Made by a program: the position numbers and the translations under genes. From assembly GCA_964391535.1 (NCBI GenBank), contig CAYMMJ010000002.1, positions 1 to 33,333 of the forward strand: 33,333 bases of DNA. Reading direction: 5' to 3'. Source of the DNA: an uncultured Candidatus Saccharibacteria bacterium (GTDB taxonomy: Bacteria > Patescibacteriota > Minisyncoccia > Minisyncoccales > JAGGXC01). Numbering within the stretch: the stretch's first letter is position 1; every line of letters starts with the position of its first letter. Below the pieces are notes generated by a model, which made no database searches, was not told where the DNA came from, and worked only from the letters and a program-made list of their open reading frames with translations. This document shows, piece by piece, positions 9,401 through 17,300 of this stretch.

Positions 9401-10024
9401 CATAAAGATGCCTGTAAATTAAAGAGATATCTAAATCAGGTCAATTACAAAAAAATAGTTGGGAAACATATTTATCCTTTCTCCGAGGATTTCGTTGCCT
9501 TAAAAGTAAAAGAGGTGAAAAAAATCAAGAGTGCTGATAAATTTGTTTACGATTTCTCAGTTTATGGTGACCAGAATTTTATTGCTGGTCCAGGAGGTGT
9601 TCTTTTGCATAATACTGACGGCGCTCATATTCGAACTCTGCTTCTGACCTTGTTCTTTCGCTACTTCCAGCCCATTATTGAGAAAGGGTATCTCTATATT
9701 GCTCAGCCGCCTTTGTATCGGATTCAAGCAGGGAAAAGAATAGAATATGCTTACACTGACGCTGACAAAGCCGAAATCCTTGAAGATATGAAAAAACAGG
9801 GATTAAACCCGAGTATTCAAAGGTATAAAGGCCTGGGTGAGATGAATCCTGATCAACTTTGGGAAACTACAATGAATCCAAAAAACAGAACCCTGCTTAA
9901 GGTAACTATTGAGGATGCCAAAGAGGCTGATCGTATTTTTGATACTCTAATGGGAAAAGAAGTTCTTCCCCGAAAAAGATTTATTCAGACGCATGCAAAA
10001 ACCGTAAAGAACTTGGATATTTAG
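6422..10024 (+). CDS. gyrB: DNA gyrase subunit B precursor, interrupted in frame by a 527-aa intein (mature extein about 673 aa)
   Basis: GHKL ATPase motifs (LHHLIWECVDNSLDEA, DDGRGIP, GGLHGVG). Toprim motifs ELYIVEGESAAGS and PLRGKILNVE. IIIMTDAD and TDGAHIRTLLLT are separated by the insert. C-terminal YKGLGEMNPDQLWETTMNP. The start is ambiguous: ATG 6422 overlaps pheT by 19 nt, and ATG 6455 (MPKKQ...) is an equally plausible start. A Lys-rich N-terminal tail of about 30 aa precedes the conserved core. Confidence 0.93.
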   Translation: MGSKKIKHFKDMPKKQIQNKKKTSPKTKEKKTLSKKESSYEAKDIYVLKGLEPVRKRPGMYIGSTGADGLHHLIWECVDNSLDEAIAGYAQNIEVALLPENKVRTSDDGRGIPVGKHPQTGKSALETVMTTLHAGAKFGGKAYQVAGGLHGVGVSVVCALSKWMRAEVCREGEKYVQEYERGVVKTKVKKMGKCRQRGTTVTFEPDPEIFKEVKFNLNRILNHLRQQAYLTKGVKITVKDLRGKEPQNHFSYTFYFEGGLKSYIKYLIQDSEPRQKNVFYTSGQVNGVMVEAAFQYTEERECFEESFANNIYTGEGGTHLTGFRSALTRTLNDYARKEGYLKEKDENFSGQDIREGFTGVVSVKIENPQFEGQTKARLGNPEAKSAVEKVVSEGLSDFLERNPQDARVIIENCLLAQKARKAAKAARQTVLRKGVLGGLTLPGKLADCSSRRPEESELYIVEGESAAGSSKQGRDRRFQAILPLRGKILNVERARLDKILSSKEIKSLIIALGTAVAEDFDLNKLRYHRIIIMTDADSVTGDTPIFLYDKKKQEFFLTEVKEFIEECDDTTRYKVLTYNPRSRKRELKEIYQTIKHPLRTPLYEIKTYCGYPIKVTSCHSVYVFEDGKVITKKGDKIKKGDLLIFPQSLPRQDKDYVIDLKETILTSDFENVSVKISRDSIEQIPATSWCGLNLSSWSMLQKKRELAGVSRRTMGKSIGIYDKIIQQWEQKTDNVMPRFHQFKGYLNLLNIDKNTLDFDVYIPIKEWQKSSFPENAEFYLHNHTRKIKTEFKLDKDLAYLIGFFLGDGCATPEKGSPNRFSVSINKKKEDVYIKNLSRIIRERFEAEPIVEYRQANNILLHFHSFSFKLLLIKLGLLGKRCNEKFIPDIFFNTKKEIQEALLEGLLHSDGFIVVWPKDKSSKAIYGWRLSSQKLIQGILTIFRQWGIFPAFSISQGRKHLRKDGKIIRSNFKSYDLSISTVDYLLKTKHIWQNHKDACKLKRYLNQVNYKKIVGKHIYPFSEDFVALKVKEVKKIKSADKFVYDFSVYGDQNFIAGPGGVLLHNTDGAHIRTLLLTLFFRYFQPIIEKGYLYIAQPPLYRIQAGKRIEYAYTDADKAEILEDMKKQGLNPSIQRYKGLGEMNPDQLWETTMNPKNRTLLKVTIEDAKEADRIFDTLMGKEVLPRKRFIQTHAKTVKNLDI
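8033..9613 (+). mobile_element. GyrB intein with LAGLIDADG (double-motif) homing-endonuclease domain
   Basis: Begins with Ser1 (SVTGDTPIFL, block A). TxxH block B (IKVTSCHSVYVF). LAGLIDADG motifs LAYLIGFFLGDGCA (8810-8851) and EALLEGLLHSDGFI (9116-9157). Blocks F/G VYDFSVYGDQNFIAG...GGVLLHN are followed by the +1 Thr (9614). 1581 nt = 527 codons, in frame. Confidence 0.9.
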
Positions 10025-10056
10025 GTTTTGTTGGCAGTCTTTTTATTTTCTAAAAA

Positions 10057-10084
10057 AGCGGCTTGCTTCAAGCGAGCTGTTTTA
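10057..10084 (+). terminator. Probable terminator after gyrB
   Basis: Imperfect hairpin agcggcttg-ctt-caagcgagct followed by gtttta. Confidence 0.45.
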
Positions 10085-10108
10085 TAAAATTTTTGAACCC
10101 ATAAATAG

Positions 10109-11122
10109 ATGAAAAAATTTTTAATATTTATAATTTCCATTTGGTTTATTTTTCTCTTTTCTGCTTTGTTTTTTTACTTAGAGAATCCTGTTTTAGAAAA
10201 CGAGAGTAATTTAGCGGCTTCCTATCGGCATTTGGTGAACTTATTGAAGAAATCAAGAACTTCTGAAATTACTATTTTTGCTGTAGGCGATATTATGCTA
10301 GACCGGGGAGTAGAGTATATGATAGAGAAAAAAGGCAATGGAGATTTTCGGTTTCCCTTTTTTAAAATTGCTGATGATTTAAATAAAGCAGATATTTTGT
10401 TTGGAAATCTTGAAGGTCCTATTTCTGATAAAGGTAAAAAAATAGGGAGTATTTATTCCTTTCGTATGGATCCGAAAGCAGTAGAAGGATTGCAATACGC
10501 CGGGTTTGATGTTTTATCTTTGGCAAACAATCATATGTTTGATTACGGAAGAATTGCTTTAGAAGATACAATGAAGAATTTAAAGGATAACGGGATTGAA
10601 TATGTTGGCGCAGGTTATAATAAAAAAGAGGCTTTCTCTCCGAAGATAATAAATATAGACGGAACAAAAATTGGAATTCTTGCTTATGCAAACCTCGGCC
10701 CTAAAAATTGGCAAGCAAAAGAAAATGACTCTGGCTTGGCTTGGCTTGATTTAAGTGATTTGGTCAAAATAAAAAAAGAGATTGCAAATGTTAAAGACAA
10801 AGTAGATGTTCTAATAATTTCTTTGCATTCTGGAGAAGAATATAGTCATCAGCCCACTTATTTTCAGAAAGTTTTTGCCCGCACTTGTATTGAAGCAGGA
10901 GCCGATATAGTTATAGGACATCACCCCCATGTCATACAAAAAGTAGAAAAATATAAGGATGGCTGGATTGCTTATAGTTTAGGCAATTTTGTTTTTGACC
11001 AGACTTTTTCGCAAGATACAATGAAGGGTCTCTTGTTGGAAATCAAAGTAAGAAATGGTAAAATAAAAAGAGTTGAAAAGAAAGAAGTGAGGATTTTGGA
11101 AAACTTTCAAGTTTCTATATAA
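10109..11122 (+). CDS. CapA/PGA_cap family metallophosphoesterase-like protein (poly-gamma-glutamate/capsule synthesis family), membrane-anchored
   Basis: 337 aa. N-terminal TM helix. Family-typical FAVGDIMLDRGV, GNLEGPIS, LANNHMFDYG, GIEYVGAG, SLHSGEEY, GHHPHV. Confidence 0.8.
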   Translation: MKKFLIFIISIWFIFLFSALFFYLENPVLENESNLAASYRHLVNLLKKSRTSEITIFAVGDIMLDRGVEYMIEKKGNGDFRFPFFKIADDLNKADILFGNLEGPISDKGKKIGSIYSFRMDPKAVEGLQYAGFDVLSLANNHMFDYGRIALEDTMKNLKDNGIEYVGAGYNKKEAFSPKIINIDGTKIGILAYANLGPKNWQAKENDSGLAWLDLSDLVKIKKEIANVKDKVDVLIISLHSGEEYSHQPTYFQKVFARTCIEAGADIVIGHHPHVIQKVEKYKDGWIAYSLGNFVFDQTFSQDTMKGLLLEIKVRNGKIKRVEKKEVRILENFQVSI

Positions 11123-11125
11123 AGT

Positions 11126-11154
11126 TTGACACAGGTGCTTCATTTTGATAATAT
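11126..11154 (+). promoter_or_regulatory. Promoter of the secE-nusG-rplK unit (TTGACA - 17 nt - TAATAT)
   Basis: ttgaca at 11126-11131 and taatat at 11149-11154. Confidence 0.6.
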
Positions 11155-11203
11155 CTATAGTGGAGCCCGTGAGGGGCTTTTTAGATAGGAAATAAATATA
11201 AAT

Positions 11204-11407
11204 ATGAATATCAAAAATATATTTTCAAGAATAGGTCCTTTTTTCAAAGAAGTCTATCTTGAAATTAAAAAAGTAAACTGGCCAACGAAAGAAGAAACTA
11301 TTAAATATACCTTAATTGTGATAGGGGTTTCTGCTGCTGTTGCTGCATTTCTTGGTGGGCTTGATTTTATATTTTCTCGTCTCTTGAATATATTTATTCT
11401 TCACTAA
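11204..11407 (+). CDS. secE: Preprotein translocase subunit SecE
   Basis: 67 aa with a single C-terminal TM helix. EIKKVNWPTKEET motif. Conserved position directly upstream of nusG. Confidence 0.85.
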   Translation: MNIKNIFSRIGPFFKEVYLEIKKVNWPTKEETIKYTLIVIGVSAAVAAFLGGLDFIFSRLLNIFILH

Positions 11408-11417
11408 GTTATCAATT

Positions 11418-11963
11418 ATGCCAAGACAAAAACTCCCCAAAGAAAGAAGATGGTATGTTATTCATACTTACTCTGGATACGAAGATGCGGTTGCTAAAAA
11501 TCTGAAGCAGCGCATTGAAAATTTGGGAATGGAAGACAAAATTTTTAATGTTTTGGTTCCAAAGGAAAAAAAGATAAAAATAAAAAATGGAAAAAGAAGA
11601 GTAGTGGAAGAAAAAATTTATCCCGGATATATTTTAGTGGAGATGATTGTAACTGATGATTCTTGGTATGTGGTAAGAAACACACCTCGAGTTACAGGAT
11701 TTATTGGAGCAGGAACTACTCCTATTCCCGTAAAATTGGAAGAAATAGAGAATTTAAAAAAACGGATGGGAGTCAAAGAGCCAAAATACAAAATTGAATT
11801 CAAGAAAGGAGATTTGGTAAAGATTGTAGACGGTCCCTTCAAAGATCTTGACGGTAAAGTGTCAGAAGTTGATACTGAAAGAGGAAAAATAAAAGTGCTT
11901 GTAAATATGTTTGGCAGAGACACCCCTGTTGAACTTGATTCTCTGCAGATTAAAAAAGTTTAG
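11418..11963 (+). CDS. nusG: Transcription termination/antitermination factor NusG
   Basis: 181 aa. [15 protein letters not shown] (NGN domain) and the KOW motif [18 protein letters not shown]. Confidence 0.95.
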   Translation: MPRQKLPKERRWYVIHTYSGYEDAVAKNLKQRIENLGMEDKIFNVLVPKEKKIKIKNGKRRVVEEKIYPGYILVEMIVTDDSWYVVRNTPRVTGFIGAGTTPIPVKLEEIENLKKRMGVKEPKYKIEFKKGDLVKIVDGPFKDLDGKVSEVDTERGKIKVLVNMFGRDTPVELDSLQIKKV

Positions 11964-11977
11964 TAAGATATAAAATT

Positions 11978-12400
11978 ATGCCAAAAAAAATCCAAGCTAT
12001 AGTAAAACTTCAAATTCCAGCAGGACAGGCAACCCCGGCTCCTCCTATAGGTCCGACTTTAGCCCAGCATGGGATAAATATTTCTGAGTTTTGCAAAAGG
12101 TTTAATGATGAAACTCAAGACAAAAAAGGATGGATTATTCCCGTTGAGATTAAAATCTACGAAGACAAAAGCTATGATTTTAAACTAAAGCAACCTCCTG
12201 CTTCTGAATTGCTTAAAAAAGCGGCAGGCATTGAGAAAGGTTCAGGAGAACCAAATAAGAAAAAAATAGCTTCCCTTACCAGAGAGCAATTGAGGCAGAT
12301 TGCTCAGCAAAAAATGGAAGATTTAAACACCGATGATGTTGAAAAAGCAATGAAAATCATTGAAGGAACAGCAAAGAATATGGGAATTGAGATAAAATAA
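11978..12400 (+). CDS. rplK: 50S ribosomal protein L11
   Basis: 140 aa. [25 protein letters not shown]. Follows nusG as in most bacteria. The usual partner rplA is absent here. Confidence 0.95.
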   Translation: MPKKIQAIVKLQIPAGQATPAPPIGPTLAQHGINISEFCKRFNDETQDKKGWIIPVEIKIYEDKSYDFKLKQPPASELLKKAAGIEKGSGEPNKKKIASLTREQLRQIAQQKMEDLNTDDVEKAMKIIEGTAKNMGIEIK

Positions 12401-12407
12401 ATTAACT

Positions 12408-12983
12408 ATGATTTTATCAGATAAGGATATTAAGAAATATATAAAAGAAGGAAAGATAAAAATTATTCCTAAGCCCAATTTTAAAAAACAATTGGGGCCA
12501 TGTTCTTTAGATCTTCATTTAGGTAAAGTGTTTAAGGTCTTCAAACATACCGAACATCCGTTTATTGACTTAAAAAACTGCAAAACTCCTATTGAGAAAA
12601 TGATGAGAGTTATAAAAATTTCTTCAAGGAGACCTCTTATTTTGCGTCCACGTGATTTTGTAATAGCAGTTACCGAGGAAGAAATTATTCTTCCCTCAGA
12701 TATTATGGGCCGTTTAGACGGCCGGAGTTCTTTGGGAAGATTGGGGCTGGTAGTTCATTCTACAGCAGCAAGATTTGATCCGGGATGGAAAGGCAAAGCC
12801 ATAATGGAGATAGGTAACTTAGGCGTTATTCCTATTGCTCTGTATCCGGGCATAAGAGTTTGCGCGATGACGTTTGAAACCCTTTCCTCTCCTGCTCAAA
12901 CTCCTTATCTAAAACAAAAAGATCATAAATACGCAGGTCAGAGAACCGCCAGGGCAAGTCGAATAAACGAAGAATCATACTAA
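12408..12983 (+). CDS. dcd: dCTP deaminase
   Basis: 191 aa. MILSDKDI start, GRLDGRSSLGRLGL, DPGWKG, and MEIGN with the Glu retained. Confidence 0.85.
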   Translation: MILSDKDIKKYIKEGKIKIIPKPNFKKQLGPCSLDLHLGKVFKVFKHTEHPFIDLKNCKTPIEKMMRVIKISSRRPLILRPRDFVIAVTEEEIILPSDIMGRLDGRSSLGRLGLVVHSTAARFDPGWKGKAIMEIGNLGVIPIALYPGIRVCAMTFETLSSPAQTPYLKQKDHKYAGQRTARASRINEESY

Positions 12984-13032
12984 GGGATTCTTTTTATATT
13001 TTACTAAGTTGTTTAAATAAACAATTTATAAA

Positions 13033-14628
13033 ATGATTACTGGAGACAACTTAAAAATAAAATTTTTAGGAATACTGCCTATTTTGAAGAAGAAAATAGG
13101 TTTTTTTAGTTCTCAAGAAATTGTTGCTTTTTCGGCGTTGCTTACTTTTAAGGGAAAATCAGTTGAGAGATTGATAAAAGAAAGCCTAAAAAAAGGAGAA
13201 AAAGTTGAAGAAAAAATAAAAAAGATTTTAAGGAAATCGTCTCTTCGAGGTCATGCCTCTCTTTCTACTACTCCTGTGATTTGTTTTTTATATGAAGGAA
13301 GTAAATTTCTTGATTCGCTTCTAACTGGTATGTATTTTGGTTCTTTTTTGGTAAGCTCGGGACGAAGAACAGACACTACTCCAAAAGATATAGTTTATCC
13401 TAAAAAAATTCTTAGAAACAAAAAAGCATTTGGTATTTATCAATCTTGCTCAGAAAAAACAATTAATTTTTATCGGTATTTGTGCAAGAAAGGTATTGGA
13501 AAAGATGTCGCTTCCAAAATTCTTCAATATGGAATATACGGGACAGGAATTATTCAATTGCCCCTTGAATCATTTATTTCTCTAAAAAGAGAATATCAAA
13601 TAGAAAAGGATTGGATGCCAGAAGAAGCGGGTATTTTGATTAAAAAAATAGAAAAATCGCTCAAGAAATTTAAGGCAGATTTGTTATATAACACTCGTTT
13701 AATTGCTCCAAGAAATACATATTTTTATCCAAATATATTCAAAGACCCGAAAAATTCCAATTTGGTGCGTGAAGTTAGCGCTGGTTCAAATAAGGGATTT
13801 AAAATCGTTTCTTTAGATGTTTCTTTAACAAATGGTTTAAAAAAAGAAATTCTTTCTCTCCAAAAAGAAATTAAGAAAATTTCTAAAAACAAAAAGGAGA
13901 TAAAGAAAAGATGGTATGATTTGCTTTTGACAAGAAGGAAAATCATAAGAGATTATAATTCGTCTTTCAATATCAAAGTATTCTCCTCGGTGCCGTGGCG
14001 TGTCTGGGGAGAGAAAAAAAGACATCGGACTTGTCCTCAGGTCGTTGAATCAATTTATTACTCCGTTCAAAGAACTTCAAAGGTATTTTCAAGATTCAGA
14101 TCCCAAATCAAAAAAGGCAAGATTAATAAAGAGTTAGTCGAAGAAATTGAGAGAGTTTTTTCAATCCCGCCGTTGGTTAAAAACAACGATGAGTTTCTGC
14201 GAAATTATTTATTGGTCGCTCTTTTTGCTTTTGAGAGTTACAATAAATTAATTAAGGAAAATATAGCTCCAAGAGATGCAATATTTTTAATTCCCAGAGC
14301 GACCAAAATCGATATTGTGCAAGAATATAATTTATATAATCTTTTGGCAGGGTATTATCCTTTGCGTTTATGTCAGACAGCAGAGGAAGAGATGAGAAGA
14401 AACACTTTAGGAGAAGTCAAAGCAATAAAAAAACTGCTTACCAGAAAAGGATATAAGTGGCTTGCTGATTCCATTGTTCCTAAATGCCATATAATGGGTT
14501 TTTGTCCCGAACAGCATTTCTGCGGCAAGATTAGAACTTTAGTAAAAGATTACGATGAGAAATTCCATCAAGAAATGAAAGAGGATTTAGAGAATAAATT
14601 TCAAAAAATTCATAAATCAATTAATTAG
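13033..14628 (+). CDS. thyX: Double-length ThyX-like (FAD-dependent thymidylate synthase family) protein
   Basis: 531 aa. A canonical ThyX signature RHRX7S (RHRTCPQVVES, nt 14020-14052) sits in the C-terminal half. The N-terminal half has a ThyX-like RGHASLSTTPVICFLYEGSKF...SSGRR without RHR. The gene sits between dcd and glyA/folD. Confidence 0.6.
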   Translation: MITGDNLKIKFLGILPILKKKIGFFSSQEIVAFSALLTFKGKSVERLIKESLKKGEKVEEKIKKILRKSSLRGHASLSTTPVICFLYEGSKFLDSLLTGMYFGSFLVSSGRRTDTTPKDIVYPKKILRNKKAFGIYQSCSEKTINFYRYLCKKGIGKDVASKILQYGIYGTGIIQLPLESFISLKREYQIEKDWMPEEAGILIKKIEKSLKKFKADLLYNTRLIAPRNTYFYPNIFKDPKNSNLVREVSAGSNKGFKIVSLDVSLTNGLKKEILSLQKEIKKISKNKKEIKKRWYDLLLTRRKIIRDYNSSFNIKVFSSVPWRVWGEKKRHRTCPQVVESIYYSVQRTSKVFSRFRSQIKKGKINKELVEEIERVFSIPPLVKNNDEFLRNYLLVALFAFESYNKLIKENIAPRDAIFLIPRATKIDIVQEYNLYNLLAGYYPLRLCQTAEEEMRRNTLGEVKAIKKLLTRKGYKWLADSIVPKCHIMGFCPEQHFCGKIRTLVKDYDEKFHQEMKEDLENKFQKIHKSIN

Positions 14629-14629
14629 A

Positions 14630-15895
14630 ATGTTTCTTAGAAAAGAAGACTCTGTAATATATAAACTTATTAGAGAAGAAATTTCTCGTCAAAAAGATGG
14701 ACTGGTCTTGATACCGTCGGAGAATTATGCTTCGGTGGCGGTTCTTTCTGCTATGGCTACGCCGTTAAGCAACAAATACTCAGAAGGATATCCGCAAAAA
14801 AGATATTACTCAGGCAATAAGTTTATTGATAAAATTGAGAACTTGGCAATTCAGCGGGCAAAAAAGATATTTAAGGCTCAACATGCCAATGTCCAGCCTC
14901 ATTCCGGTTCGCAAGCAAACGAAGCAGTTTATTTTGCTCTCCTGAAACCAGGGGATAGGGTACTTGCTTTTGATTTATCAGCAGGGGGTCATTTAAGTCA
15001 CGGTGCCAAAATAAACTTTTCGGGAAGATTTTATAACTTCTTTCACTACGGAGTTAATAAGAGAAGCGAAAAAATTGATTTTGAAGAAGTAGAAAAAAAA
15101 GCTCTGAAATACAAACCGAAACTTATTATTGCCTCAACTACTTCTTATTCAAGGAAGCTTGATTTCAGAAAATTTAGAATGGTAGCAGATAAAGTCGGTG
15201 CTTACTTGATGGCCGACATTGCTCATATTGCTGGTTTAGTTATTGCTGGTATTCATCCTCATCCGTTTCCTTTTGCTGATGTTGTTACTACAACAACACA
15301 TAAAACATTAAGAGGGCCTCGTGGAGGTTTAATTCTCTCAAAGAAAAAAGATAGAATTGAGGGTACAAACTTGGCTCAAAAGATTGACCGTGCTGTTTTT
15401 CCAGGTATTCAAGGAGGACCGCTTGAGCATGTGATAGCAGCAAAAGCAGTTTGTTTCAAAGAAGCGGCGCAACCAAGTTTTATTAGATATCAGAAGCAAA
15501 TTATTAAAAATTCTAAAGCAATGGTTGATATATTCAAAAAAGAGGGGTTTAGGATAATAAGTAACGGCACAGATAATCATCTTTTTATGATAGATATTTC
15601 TCCTACCGGACTTTCTTCTCTTTCTATTCAGAAAGAACTCGAGAAAGTTGGTATTTTTGTAAACAGAAACAAAATTCCTTTTGATAAAAGAAGCGCTTTT
15701 AATCCTTCGGGTATCAGAATGGGTACCCCTGCTATTACTACGAGGGGACTCAAAGAAAAGGATTGTCAGGAGGTGGCTTATTTAGTTTGTGTTCTGATAA
15801 AGAATATAAAATCAACAACTAAAAAACAAAAGATTAAAAAGAAGGTTAAGGAAATTTCAAGGAAGTTCCCGATTTATGAGAATCTTCGATGGTAA
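14630..15895 (+). CDS. glyA: Serine hydroxymethyltransferase
   Basis: 421 aa. PLP-lysine motif TTTTHKTLRGPRGG, plus SENYAS and YYSGN motifs. Confidence 0.95.
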   Translation: MFLRKEDSVIYKLIREEISRQKDGLVLIPSENYASVAVLSAMATPLSNKYSEGYPQKRYYSGNKFIDKIENLAIQRAKKIFKAQHANVQPHSGSQANEAVYFALLKPGDRVLAFDLSAGGHLSHGAKINFSGRFYNFFHYGVNKRSEKIDFEEVEKKALKYKPKLIIASTTSYSRKLDFRKFRMVADKVGAYLMADIAHIAGLVIAGIHPHPFPFADVVTTTTHKTLRGPRGGLILSKKKDRIEGTNLAQKIDRAVFPGIQGGPLEHVIAAKAVCFKEAAQPSFIRYQKQIIKNSKAMVDIFKKEGFRIISNGTDNHLFMIDISPTGLSSLSIQKELEKVGIFVNRNKIPFDKRSAFNPSGIRMGTPAITTRGLKEKDCQEVAYLVCVLIKNIKSTTKKQKIKKKVKEISRKFPIYENLRW

Positions 15896-16715
15896 AAAAG
15901 AGGCTCAAAGAATTCTTGTCCAATTGAAGAGTAGAATAAAGAAAGAGAAACTTTCTCCTTCTCTGGCTGTTTTGCTTGTTGGCAGAAATCCAGAATCGCT
16001 GATTTATATTAGAAACAAGAAAATAGCAGCAAAGAAAGTAGGTATCAAAGTTATTATCTCCAAATTTAGAAAAAATATTGGAGAAAAAAAAGTTATTGCA
16101 AAAATAAAGGAATTCAATAATAATTCTTCAATAGACGGCATTATTGTTCAGTTGCCTCTGCCAGAAAAATTTGATACTTCCAGAATTATAAATGCAATTA
16201 ATCCTAAAAAAGACGTTGACGGATTTTGCCAAAAGAATAGAGAATTGCTTAAGAAGAGCAAACCTTATTTTTTTCCTGTTTTGCCTTGGGCGATTTTTAC
16301 TGTTCTCAAGCATATCTCTGGTTTAGAGGATAAAAAAATTATTGCTTTGGTAAATTCTGATATTTTTGGAAAAACCATAAAGGTTTTCTTTGAAAGAAAA
16401 GGAATAAAAATCGAATATTTATTAAAAAATAAAAATAAGTTTTCTAAATTAAAATCAGCCGATATAATAATTTCGGTAAAAGGACTTCCTCGTTTCATTA
16501 AAGCAGATATGATAAAGAAAAATGCTGCTTTAATTGACGCAGGTATAAGAATAGTTAATGGGAAAATAGTAGGAGATGTAGACAAAGAAGGTATGCAGGA
16601 GAAAGCTTCTTTTTTAACCCCTGTCCCGGGAGGTTTAGGACCTTTAACTGTGGCTTTGCTTTTGACAAATGTTTATTTAGCATCTAAACGAAAAAATAAC
16701 TCAAAAATTGGATAA
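15876..16715 (+). CDS. folD: Bifunctional methylenetetrahydrofolate dehydrogenase/cyclohydrolase
   Basis: 279 aa. MRIFDGKKEA start, GIIVQLPLP, INPKKDVDGF, TPVPGGLGPLTVALLL. Overlaps the glyA end by 20 nt. Confidence 0.9.
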   Translation: MRIFDGKKEAQRILVQLKSRIKKEKLSPSLAVLLVGRNPESLIYIRNKKIAAKKVGIKVIISKFRKNIGEKKVIAKIKEFNNNSSIDGIIVQLPLPEKFDTSRIINAINPKKDVDGFCQKNRELLKKSKPYFFPVLPWAIFTVLKHISGLEDKKIIALVNSDIFGKTIKVFFERKGIKIEYLLKNKNKFSKLKSADIIISVKGLPRFIKADMIKKNAALIDAGIRIVNGKIVGDVDKEGMQEKASFLTPVPGGLGPLTVALLLTNVYLASKRKNNSKIG

Positions 16716-16721
16716 AAATAT

Positions 16722-17261
16722 ATGGTGCTTGGAACAGATAAACTATTAAAATTGGTAAAACAAAAAAAACTTGTTGAAAATCTTTCAAAAAGAGAACTAA
16801 AAAATCCCGAAGGAGCGGGTTTTGATTTAAGGGTAGGGGAGATTTATAAAATAAAAGGGAAAGGTTTTTTAGGAATTGAGGAAAGGAAAACTCCGCAGGC
16901 AGAATTAATAGCAAAATATATCCCCAAAAAGACAAAAAAAATTGTTTTAAAAGGAGGTGTTTATTATCTACTAAAAACAATTGAAAGTGTAAATTTGCCT
17001 GAAAACATTTTGGCTATTTCTACGCCTCGTTCTACATTATTTCGTTCAGGAGTTTATATATTTGGAGGTCAGGTGCCGCCAGGATATAAAGGAGGACTTA
17101 CAATGGGAATCTATAATTTTAGAAATAAGGATTTTGAATTAGAAATGGGAGCAAGAGTTATTCATATTATGTTTTTTGAAGTGAAAGGCAAATCAAATCT
17201 TTATCGAGGGCAATGGCAAGGCGGCAGAGTTTCTGTGACAAAAAAAGAAAAGCAGATTTAG
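16722..17261 (+). CDS. Second dCTP deaminase/dUTPase-superfamily paralog (probably dUTPase-type)
   Basis: 179 aa. GAGFDLRVGE and PRSTLFRSGVYIFGGQVPPGYKGGLTMGIYN parallel the Dcd core, but Gly replaces the Glu of the Dcd MEIGN motif. Confidence 0.6.
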   Translation: MVLGTDKLLKLVKQKKLVENLSKRELKNPEGAGFDLRVGEIYKIKGKGFLGIEERKTPQAELIAKYIPKKTKKIVLKGGVYYLLKTIESVNLPENILAISTPRSTLFRSGVYIFGGQVPPGYKGGLTMGIYNFRNKDFELEMGARVIHIMFFEVKGKSNLYRGQWQGGRVSVTKKEKQI

Positions 17262-17285
17262 AATCTTTTTTGGGGGAATCTTGTG

Positions 17286-17294
17286 TGTTATAAT
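17286..17294 (+). promoter_or_regulatory. Candidate extended -10 (TGtTATAAT) placed 6 nt before an ATG (possible leaderless transcript)
   Basis: tgttataat at 17286-17294, with the ATG at 17301. No convincing -35 was seen. Confidence 0.3.
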
Positions 17295-17300
17295 AAAAAA

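Noticed and set aside
13009-13024. An inverted repeat ttgttta-aa-taaacaa just upstream of the thyX-like gene, as a possible operator.
   Set aside because: It is short and almost pure A/T in an AT-rich spacer, so chance occurrence is likely. No second copy was seen elsewhere in the window.
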